Assembly: GCA_038496445.1 (NCBI GenBank)
Contig: JALMLS010000376.1
Location: 1 to 64,000, forward strand
Direction of reading: 5' to 3'
DNA: 64,000 nt
From: Trichosphaerium sp. ATCC 40318
Taxonomy: Eukaryota; Protista; Tubulinea
Positions within the stretch are counted from its first letter, which is position 1. The number at the start of each line of letters is the position of its first letter. A program made the position numbers and the translations under genes. Below, in pieces: positions 1 through 10,269 of this stretch. Under the pieces are notes generated by a model, which saw nothing but the letters and a program-made list of their open reading frames with translations, searched no databases and had not been told where the DNA came from.

Positions 1-71
1 GATAAAAAATTACATCTCAGCATGGAGATGAAAAAGGAGAAGAATGAATAACAATGAAGATTTCTGAATAC

Positions 72-474
72 AATTTAGTCGGGCCTCTGCCTCAGCAGGT
101 CGTCGCACCCGAAGGCTTGAGCGACTCCCTAGCTTACAACAGTAAATGCCCTAAGACCCTGTTCGAGTTCCCGTGGTTTACGGGGCCCCTGCGGGCGTTT
201 GCTAAGACGTGCTACTTGTGCCATAGTGTAGAACCTTTGCGGGCCGAAGCCTTTCGTTCGAGGAGGCGCAGCAACGACAATGTCGCCGCGCGGCTCTTGG
301 CGGCTGGGTTTCCGACTTTAGAGGCCTTCAGCCGTACTCCCAATGGCGTGGCTTCGCGAACCGCCCTCTCGGACGTCCGCGGACACTAGAGGCCACCGAT
401 GCCCGTTCCTCTCGTACTGAGGCATCGCTACCGACGACGCGCATGTTAATAAAATAGGCCCACCAGTAGGGTAA

Positions 475-518
<44 letters not shown>

Positions 519-1230
519 GTAAGTGGGTGAACAATCCAACCCTTGGAGCATTCTGCTACACCTGGATAGGAAGAGCCGACATCGAAGAATCAAAAAGTCG
601 CGTCGCTCTGAGCGCTTGGCGACCACAAGCCAGTTATCCCTATGGTAATTTTTCTGTCACCCCAGTGTCAGGTTACATGACTAGTCACGAGGGATCTCTA
701 GGCCTCCCGTTAGGGTGCAAGAGCGATGGCTCCACTCTTGCTCAAGGGGGCTTTTAGCCTTGGCCTCTACGTGGGGTTTCTGTCCCCACTGAGCTCCCCT
801 TAGGTCATCCGTGTTACCCTATAGCGGATGTGCCGCAGCCAAACTCCCGGCCACGCGCTGTCCGCCTTAATGCTTGTCAAAGTCCCGAAATCGGAAGGTA
901 GTCCGCACTTTCGATTGGGCCCGCTCATCCTAAGGACCGACTTGTATGGTTCGAGCAGCGCCACGTCCTCCGAAGAGGCAGGCGCTTTCGCCCGTTTTGA
1001 ATGCGTCTGGGGCCCGACCTCCGGAGTAGAAGTGTTACACCTTTCGTAAAAAACTACTTCCTACCCTATACCTCCAGTGCCAAGCCCCTAAGCGTGGTGA
1101 GAGTCAAACTCAACAGGGTCTTCTTCCCCGCTGGTAGAAAAGTCGCCCGTTCGCGACTCTGTGGTTTCGCCACGGTCGGCGTAGGGACAGCGAGAACCTC
1201 ATTCATCCATTCATGCGCGTCATTAGTTAC

Positions 1231-1280
<50 letters not shown>

Positions 1281-3886
1281 AACCCGTGCTTGGGTGAAAT
1301 TAAGCACCGCAACTTTCAAAGCACTGGGCAGGAGTCACCCTTTGTCAGACCTCAGAGGAGGTATCAAAGGGCTAAGTTTTAAGTAAACAGTTGGGTTCTC
1401 TAAGCTTCTGAGAGTTCCGCCATGATCCGCTTGTGGACCTCTTTGCAGGGACTGTGCACCGTTCCCGAAGGGGCTACACTGAAGTAGCGCAGATGCACGT
1501 CGTCCCGGGTCCCGGTCAGCAGAGCCAGCCCTTTTCCCGAAGTTACGGGCCGCGTATGCCGACTTCCCTTACGCCGTTTACACCGTGCAGCGCCAGAGGT
1601 GACTAACCTAGGGGACCTGATGCGGTTTTCGGTACGGTATGAGCCTGGAGGACACTGAACATCCGAAAATGTCGGCTTCGGAGAGGAGCAGCCTCGTGAG
1701 AACGAGCTCACCAACACCCCTAGAAAGCAAAAGTGCTTTCCCATTAGCTACCCTCGACTCTTTCCCTTCGCCGCTTTACGTGGCTCCGGGGAGTTTCCCT
1801 CGAATAGCTTAGGCGCGGGAGAAGGCCCCGCAGAAGTGTGGTTGCTCGCGTGCGCTCTCTCTCTCAGTGTTGCCACTTCTAAAGCAAATGCATCCTCCTT
1901 ACCCATGCCCTGGATTACTCACCAGGTTGCCTTTCGAGTTGAAAGCATCGCAGACTTCCACCAGTCTTCAGAACAGTAAAGTTGTCTGAACAAGGTGTCG
2001 TCTGCCAGCATCAAACAGTATACTCTATTAGGAGCTGGCTTAGGACCGGCTAACTCGCAGCTGAATGCCATCACCGCGAAACCCTTCCCCACTTGGGCGA
2101 CCTGGCTGTGATAAACACTGTTTCACCAGGCTCCAATTGCTACTACCACCAAGATCATCACTGCTGGTGGCTCCGGGTGGACGCCACCGCCCCCTTCTAC
2201 GCCACCAGCACGCCGTCCTACCGCACCCTGGGCCGAGCCGGGGCGATCGCGCAGCGGCGGCTAAGGCAGTTTAGCGCCATCCATTTTCGGCGCGTCCCAA
2301 TTCGGCTGGTGAGAAGTTACTCACTCCTTAGAGGATGACGACTTCCATGTCCACCTTCCAGCTGTCTAAACTGGAACACCGCCTTCGTTGTCTTGGTTAC
2401 TGCCTATTCGGGCGCCTTTGCTGCTGCTCGCGTTTAAAACCGTCTCGTCAGTCCTGCTTATCAAGACCGGCCCAATAGGGGTCCACCGTCTCGGTGACCA
2501 CAGCCATTCGGCCTGTGGTCGGTCGCCTCTTATGTGTTTGATAATAGGTCGATGGCAACTTTGGCCTCCGATACCTCTTTCCAGTGGCTCTACGAGACGA
2601 GACCGGCGTCACGGACCCCCTCTATCCTTAGGGATACTTCGAACGGTACCAGCTACGTTGGCAGCTCGTTTGGTCTCTCGCCCCTATACCCAATGTCCGG
2701 CGAGCGATTTGCACGTCAGCAACGCTACGGGCGTCCAGCGGGATTTCTCCCGCCTTCCCCCTTTTCGGGTATAGATCGCTACCTTTCGGGTATCGCCCAA
2801 CGTACTATCGCCTGCCAAGAGAACAACGCCGGAGATGGCAAAGTGTATCTACTTTGGTATGACGTGTTTTTAATTACTTGCGTAACATAAAAACATGATA
2901 ATAGCATAGTCGGTTTTTTATGTCGATCTTTGCAAACTTATACATGTAATGTAATACGTTTGTTTTTATAAAGAACTTGACGGCCTAGGAGCTTATCCTT
3001 GGCTTCATTTCTGTGCGGGTTGGAGGTTTGATCTCTCACCCTCGCACGCTCGGCGAACTCCTTGATCCGTGTTTCAAGACGGGATACACGGAGGCCATGG
3101 CCCAATAAGGGCATAGAGCCTCATTGAGGTTGTGGACGATGAATGACGAGCTTCGTTCCTTTCGGAAGAAGACGTACATTCGGAGGTTTCAGTAATTTCA
3201 GTGAACCAACGCATTTAAAGGTTTAAAGTGCTTTTTGATGTCCTTTCAACCAAACCCACGTTTTTATGCTTTTCAGCTTGTAGGATGGTGTGGACAGCAC
3301 AATAGCCAGTATGACTTTTTTGTGTTAGTCACTTCTATGTTACCTTCCCCTCGACGTTTTGTTTCATTATAATCTTCCAGGGCACAAGGCCCCGGTCGCT
3401 TTTCCCTCGCTACAAGAGCGTCTGCCATGTGCAGATTAGGTGCAGGGCACCTACGTACTCCGTGCCATTTGTACCCTTGCCGGCTTCGGGTCTTTTAACC
3501 CTCTATCGAGGAGTGCTGTTTCAGTCTTCCCTCACGGTACTGGTGCGCTATCGGCCACCTCCCGATACTTAGCCTTGCCGGGTAACCTCCCGGTAACTTC
3601 GTATGGCACGGCCAAACCATACTACTCCTGGACGATGGGACTCTATTTCCTCGGTTGACAGCGTACGGGGCTCGCACCCTCTACGGCTACGACTCGTGCG
3701 TAATTCCCGTCAACGTCTGGAAGAGCCACCACGCCTTAGCCCACAACTCCGATGCTAGGCTCGGATTCAGGCTTGAGCTTGTCCCCTTTCGCTCGCCGCT
3801 ACTCAGGGAGTCCCTTTTGGTTTCCTTTCCTCTGCCCCAATGATATGCTTAACTTAGGCAGGTCGCCAAGTGTAACTCAGGACGCA
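72..3886 (-). rRNA. 28S (LSU) rRNA, divergent
   Basis: Reverse complement contains the sarcin-ricin loop (gttcctctcgtact ~405-418), peptidyl-transferase segments (~480-660), H69 (ggctaccttaagagagtcatagttactcccgcc ~1245-1277) and the 5' motif tgatatgcttaa (3841). Ends approximate. Confidence 0.97.
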
Positions 3887-4087
3887 AGTTGTGTTTTTTT
3901 ATATGCTTTCAATGTATAGAACCAACCTTCCCTCTGAAGCTTCGCTTAAGTAAGCTAGGCATGAGTTCTGGAGGAACATCACTTCCGGCAATTTATTTAA
4001 TTAGTTGTGGCAACCACTTTCTTTTTTTAGAAGATTAAGTGTGTACACCATACGCAGCACCAAATAAATTTAGTGTTTGTTTTGCTG
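3887..4087 (-). other. ITS2
   Basis: AT-rich spacer between the inferred 5.8S 3' end and the 28S 5' end. Confidence 0.75.
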
Positions 4088-4252
4088 GCGTCGCTGAGTC
4101 ACGCTCCTTTGCCTGTGATTCGTGAGAATACAGAACGCGGCCTGAGGCATTCGGCAATGCCACCTTCAGATGAGAGCGATTCCGGTGGCTGGTTTCATAG
4201 TGATCCATGGCCTTCTTCGGGGAGGTGCCTAACCGTTCACCGACAAGGTTTG
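4088..4252 (-). rRNA. 5.8S rRNA, highly divergent
   Basis: GC-richer block of the right size between two AT-rich spacers, with remnant motifs (cggtgaac, cgaagaagg, gaatcgc). Its 3' end GUGACUCAGCGACGC can pair with the 28S 5' end GCGUCCUGAGUUAC, as expected for the ITS2-proximal stem. Confidence 0.8.
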
Positions 4253-4486
4253 GTTTCTTTCGAAAATCTTGACGTTCTTTATAGTCGTGCCACGACTGTG
4301 TTTTTGGTTTGCCAAAATGGCGGTTGTGGAGCTGGCAGATATACAAGATATCACCACAGTAGAGGAGACTATATCTTCACTTACCGAAGTAAGCTTGGAC
4401 TTGCCAGACCAAACTGATACTCCAATTTCTTTTTTAAACTTGGTTAAAAGTTGGTTTAATTGCTTCTAAGGGTTAAATACCAATAG
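4253..4486 (-). other. ITS1
   Basis: Spacer between the 18S 3' end and 5.8S. Confidence 0.75.
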
Positions 4487-7137
4487 TATTGATCCTTCAG
4501 CAGGTTCACCTACTGAAACCTTGTTACGACTTCATCATCCTTTATGAGCGCAAGTTCGAGCAGGTTCGATAACCGGCAAGCCGGTCGTCCCCCCTGGTCT
4601 CACTCGCACCCACATCGGTCGATGCGACGGGCGGTGTGTACAAGCAACAGGGACAGATTCCAGGTGCGTTGATGACACACCTGTACGAGGCATTCCGCGT
4701 TCGTGGCTACAGTTACAGCAACCAGTCCCTAAGCACGCATGTGTCTTTTCGAGAAGCAGCATTGAGCACACTTAACATCCAAATCGACCACACGGTGCGC
4801 TTTCATGTATTTTTTTATGAACATTGCAGAAACTTACTTCATAATAAAGTTTGCCTTGGTAAAGATATAATCTTCCAAGTCAAAGCATTTAAGTGAAGAA
4901 GAAACCTTGTTTGTTAATTTGAAACGATCCACAGCTCTTTCAATGTTTACACTAAGGAGCAAGTCCAAAGATGTAAGTTTTCATCTAACAGCGCTTCTCG
5001 TCTTAACATTAAAGGAATTTAACTTCCTAAAAAGCCTCGACGAGGGGGTTAACTCTTTATATTAGGTTCAGGACAGACTTTGTTTGTGAAGGTGGTAGTT
5101 TCCGAAGGTGCGTTTAAGTGTAGTCGTATTTAGATAATTAAATCTGAGGTTTAACTCGCTGTCGTGAAGAAGTGTTCTGGCGGTTTCAGGGCTTGCCCGG
5201 ATGCCTGTTCGGCCCAGGAACCCGTTGAACTAAGCAGTGTAGGCCGCGTGCGGCCCGGAATATCTGGGGGCATCCCGGATCTGTTATAGCCGCCGCTTCT
5301 TACGACTTTTCGCCGTCAGTCCTGCACAGGGGTCCCGCACGAGGCGGGGGAATCAATGTGACAGTAGCGATCTCGCCCGTTATCGGAATAAACCTGACAG
5401 ATAAGTCCACGAGCCTAAAACGACCATGCACCACCGTTAGCTAACTCGGAAAAGACCCTTCAGTCTGTTCGTCCCCTTAGAGCGTCCGATCCCGGTAAGT
5501 TGTCGCGCGTTGAGTCAAATTGAGCCGCAGCCTCCAGAGCCTGGTGGTGTTGCTCCGTCAATGCCTTTAAGTTTCAGCCTTGCGACCATACTTCCCCCCT
5601 GGGCCCGATTACTTCGGTTTCCCGTGGGAACGGGCCCCGAGCCTTGGTTTGCCCGGCGCCCATTCAGTCGGCATCGTTTACTGTGGAGACTACACGGGTC
5701 TCTAATCCGCTTCGCTCCCTCCACCATCGTTCTAGATCACCGGCCACGCCCTTGCAGAGCGCCTTCGCTTCGGGTAGTTTGGATCAGGTCAAAAGATTTC
5801 ACTCCTCGCTGATACCACACTCTCTACCCCGTACGCACCTAGTAATCGTGTGTTCTTTATTAGTGTGAAGACTAACTCAAGTTTTTCCTCAAAGCACTTT
5901 TTGTAATTCACAATGTTTTTATTCCCTTAATGAAGAACATAAGTTTTCACTCAGACTTGCATTTCAGGATATTGTTCATACTTAGTAAAATGAGACTCGA
6001 GCGTCGCACTTGGTAAAGTGTTGTTTTTGTTTTTTTTAAAGCCCAATTCCAGGATGCTGGTGGGTGGCATAGCGGCCGAAGCCTAAACTGACCTTGCGTT
6101 TGAGCGAAGCCATTTATGCCTGGTCGGGCGATGAAAAAGAGTCGGGGGGTTTGTTCAAAGAATAAATTCTTATCTAAACCTTATCCCTCTCAGCTGTGTC
6201 GTTGTTTGGACTGCGAGCGCTTTAACAGCAACAGCAAAAGTATAAGCTTTCGGAGTGGGTGTTACCGCGGGTGCTGGCACCCAACTTGTCCTCCAATAGT
6301 TTCTCAGGGCGACATTCAGTTGCCCCTCATTGCGACGACCGGTTTAAATGCCGGCCTCGTTACACTCAGTCGCTGGCTCGATTTGCAATCAATGGCCAAG
6401 TTACGCGCCTGCTGTTACCCGTAAGTACAGGGGCCGTATCTAATGCCCCTTCTCCGGGAACCGAACCCTAGTTCCCCGTTACCCGTCACTGCCGCGGTAG
6501 GCCGTTACCCTACCGCCTGGCTGATAGGTCGGCCGCCCTTCCGACTCGTGGAGGGGGAGAACTCTCAACTTTATATCGATATGATCTTTTTATGAAAAAG
6601 CACATTCAGCGAAGGATCGAGATTTGAACAATGTTCATTTTTCTTTCACCTAGTTTCACTTATGTAAACTTTAACAATTTTTTTTTAGAAACATGTCTAG
6701 TCAGAGAGAACTCCTCATAACTCCATCGCATGCCCCAACGCCGCTCTTCCCGACGGAGTACGGACGCCGCTTCCTAAGGGGAGGCTGCTTCCCTTGGCGA
6801 ACCAAGATGGGATCGGGTGATCGTCCGCTCCTGAGCGTTGGATGCGACCGATGGGTCCTTGCAGCAGAGGGGCCCATCGGCAGCGCTAGGCGCATTACGT
6901 ATTAGCCGCAGGTTTCCTTTAATCCCGGTTATCCGCGGGGGAGGCCACGAGTTTTGGTTATAGTGCGTTTAGGAAACAAGTTCCTGTGTGCAAAATGACG
7001 TGACCATTATTAGTCTTGTCGGGTGGGTTACGACCGTTTTAAGGAGCCGTTTGCGGCTCCGAGGATACCTCTTTGCTGAGCTTGCATGGCTTAATCCTTC
7101 GAGAAAGCTTATCACTCCTGGCAGGCTCAACCAGGTA
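4487..7137 (-). rRNA. 18S (SSU) rRNA, ~2650 nt, long-branch with large expansions
   Basis: 5' TACCTGGTTGAGCCTGCCAG at 7137; 530-loop GTGCCAGCACCCGCGGTAA; GTACACACCGCCCGTC; 3' GTCGTAACAAGGTTTCAGTAGGTGAACCTGCTGAAGGATCA. Confidence 0.98.
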
Positions 7138-10100
7138 CCTTTTGCATCAGAGTTTTAAAGCAGATAGCTGCATTTAAAATAAATTCTCATCAGACCAAAG
7201 GTGGTTGAGGTTTTTAGGTGGTTTTTTGAAGAATGAACTTCATAAGAAACCATTCAATCTTTGTTCCTATTCTCTTTCAAGGAGGATGTAAGATGAAGGT
7301 CTTTTTGATGAACATCACAAATACCTGGTGCCGGACAGTACCAGCCTTTCTTGTTGGAGAAGAAGCTGGCATGTCTTGGTTATGGTTTTTATGGCAAGAG
7401 ATGCTCATAGAGCACATTGCCACAACAGCATAGGGTTGTGTCTTTTTAAAGGACTACTTTTCTTGATGAGTCATGCCTATTTTTTACTGAGTAGCCCTTG
7501 AGGCATCGTCGGTAATAGCTTGCAACTGCATCATTTTTTATACACTCTTTTATTTTCTTTTGATTTTCTTTACTATTCAAGTACTTGAACTGTGTCTTTC
7601 CTTGATAAGCTTCAACTTGTAACTACTTAAGCTACACTTGGGTTTACTTATGTACTTGGCTTGTGTGCCTTTCCATCAATTTACCCTACACATCTTTTTA
7701 AACCCAAGTACTTGATAACTTGTCTTTCCATTAGGGTTTCTTAGGATGTGGCGCCTTTACAGTCTTTTCATGAACTAGTTGGAACACTTTGATTCCTTTC
7801 ATCCACTCAAGGCTTGTATGAACTTACATCTCTCGATTAGCATTTCTACACCTCCTTTGTAAGAGGAAGTGTTATAATGTTAGAAGAGAGACCAAGTCAG
7901 CTCATTTACATGATCTAGAACTCGATTGGCATTTCTACACACAATGGTGTTATAATGTCAGAAGAGAACCAAAGTCATGCTTTGTTTGATGGGTTTTTGT
8001 TGCTCACTGAGGGCTTCAAATACACACATCTTTTCAAGTACCGACGATGTGACTTGCACATCATCAGTAACTATGGTGTTTTTTACATAGCTCAGTACTC
8101 GATTAGCGTTTCTACACCTTTTTTTTCCTTTCGGAGGTAGTGTTATAACGTTAGAAGAGAACAATAGAGCTAATGCTTATGTTGTTGCCCACTGAGGGCA
8201 TCAACTACAACTACTACAATCGTTGTTCACTATGGAACTTCAACTGACATTGTTAGTGTACTCGATTGCTCAAGCACTCTTTAGATAGGTTAATGCTAAC
8301 TACTTGAGATTGCATAAACCCATTCTAATGTGTGAGATACCTCGATTAACATGGCCACACTACATTGCTGTAATGCATTACTCATGAAAGAAGAGGTATC
8401 TATGTTGTTGTTGTTGTGTGACTTTTTAGAACTTGTTCATCACTCAGATGCACTCGGTTCAGGTCACTTGTTGTAGTAACAAATTACTCGATTAGCATTT
8501 CTACTTCTCAACTAAAATATGAGATGTTCTAATGCTAGAAGAGCAAAGTTTGCCATTACATAAGTACTCGATTAGCATTTCTACACTTCAAATGAGTTGT
8601 TATAATGCTAGAAGAGAACTATGTGACATTTGCCTGTTATGGAAGGGGGATGCAAAAAAAAGCAAGTTCAAGTAACTACATAACAAACACATTCACCAAC
8701 GGGCATCGTCATCGATGGATATACTAAGAGGCGAGTTGTAACTCGTCCTTTTCTATCACATAAGAAAAGCTAGAGTAGCCATAGTTGTGGTGTTGTGTGT
8801 TGCGTAGGAACGCGTTGCTGGTTTTGCTTCCATTCCAACTACAAGATGGGGGGGACATAAAGCAAGAGGTCTTACAGCCATATGCTCTTAAACGCGCAAA
8901 ACCCAATTAAACGGTTCTCTCTGCGATAGAAGAATACAGGCTACCCTCTTGCGGAATATGCTTGTGTGTGTGTATGGAGGTCGTTTCAGTGCTCTGTAGT
9001 TACAGAGTGACACGTTCGCGACACTTTCCAGCCCAATCAAGACACCTGCCTTGTGTAGACAAAGTGTTGCTTGATGGAGAGCCAAAAGTCGATTACCACT
9101 GTGTGGTGGTAGAAGATCAATGGCTCGTTAAGGTCCCTCAGCCGGTGTTGTGGCTACAAATGTGCTGCACGATGGGCGAGTCCCATAACCACCGTGCACT
9201 CCCTGTGGGCTTTTAGGTCCAGCAATCTTTGCTTGGAGGTTGCGCTTTACCATCTTTTCTGTATCTTACCCGCTGTTGGGTTCAAAGAAAAAAATGGCGC
9301 GTCTGATTACCCTCCTTTTTTTTTTTTTTGCGTGGACCTTGCCAAGGGAAGAGAAATGACTTTCTACAGGTGCGCACCACACAATTTTTTTTGTAGCTCC
9401 TCTTGCAAGGGCGATAATGTCGCCTGTTGCTGGAACTAGCTCTGTGGTGCTAACCCTTAGCCAGCTTCTCTATTTGCGCCGCTTTAGGCTACACGGTTGC
9501 AAGACTGAGTCCCTTTCCCGAAAATATCGAGTTTTCATAGCCCTCACACCGCTTTTGTAACTCTTCTCTCCCTCTCTGACGTCGCGGCTGATTTAATTAT
9601 TGGTATTACAAAAAAAAATGTACCGTGTTGGCGCGTTTTGTCTCGCTATGCGCTTTGTCTCGCTTTTTATTGGTGCGCTTACCCTCCCAAAACCGCCTTA
9701 AACTGTTCTCTATCGCCTCAAATCGCGTCTTTCTCTATTTTATCATCGGTACGGTTTTTGTGGATATTTTTGTCACAAAAAAAAAACTTTTGGGTCTCAA
9801 AATCGCTTTATTTATGGTCTCCTTGCTCCTTACAAACCCTTTTTGCCCCGATTACCCCTTTATTTCGCCTTTCCTGTCCATCGCGAATTTGCGTTGACAA
9901 TACGTCCACCTCCAAAAAAAAAAAACCGGTCAGCAAACAAAAAAGACGCAAACCGATGCGACTTTCTGTGGTGGCTGTGCGTGCGTCGTTTAGTTTTTTT
10001 GATGTGGATAAAAATAAACGCAGAAAAATAACCCTTCCTTTTTCTCTGTGAGGCTCCAACCCAGCCCCTCCGCGCGCACGCCCTCCCTTTTGATATCTTC

Positions 10101-10200
10101 CTCCGTTACGTACAACAACAAAAACCCCCCCACACTCCACAATCCAATTCGTGCGCGTTAAATGCGCACCTAACCGTGCCGAGTGATAAATACGTACGTT
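7138..10200 (-). promoter_or_regulatory. 5' ETS and Pol I promoter/spacer region (start site not located)
   Basis: Non-coding stretch upstream of 18S with repeats and many small hairpins, bounded by the stop of the next gene at 10270. Confidence 0.65.
7830..8618. repeat. Array of ~7 hairpin repeats: CTCGATTAGCATTTCTACAC-[variable]-GTGTTATAATGYTAGAAGAG
   Basis: Units start at 7832, 7921, 8098, 8487 and 8567; degenerate units at 8261 and 8341. Confidence 0.9.
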
Positions 10201-10269
10201 CACCAAGAAACAAGTACCGATCGATCTTTTACTTCACTTGGTTTTATTTGACATTATCATTTACAATTT

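Noticed and set aside
4858-4878. AAGATATAATC resembling the group I intron S element
   Set aside because: It is antisense to the rRNA and part of a small palindrome; no P, Q or R elements found.
54-7137. ORFs listed over the rDNA
   Set aside because: Chance frames in GC-rich rRNA; no protein motifs and no homing endonuclease signature.
7830-8618. CRISPR-like array
   Set aside because: Eukaryotic rDNA spacer, irregular spacing, related inter-repeat sequences and no cas genes.
9430-9560. Possible 5S rRNA in the spacer
   Set aside because: Only a short GTGCTAACC resemblance; no box A/C arrangement or terminal stem could be built.
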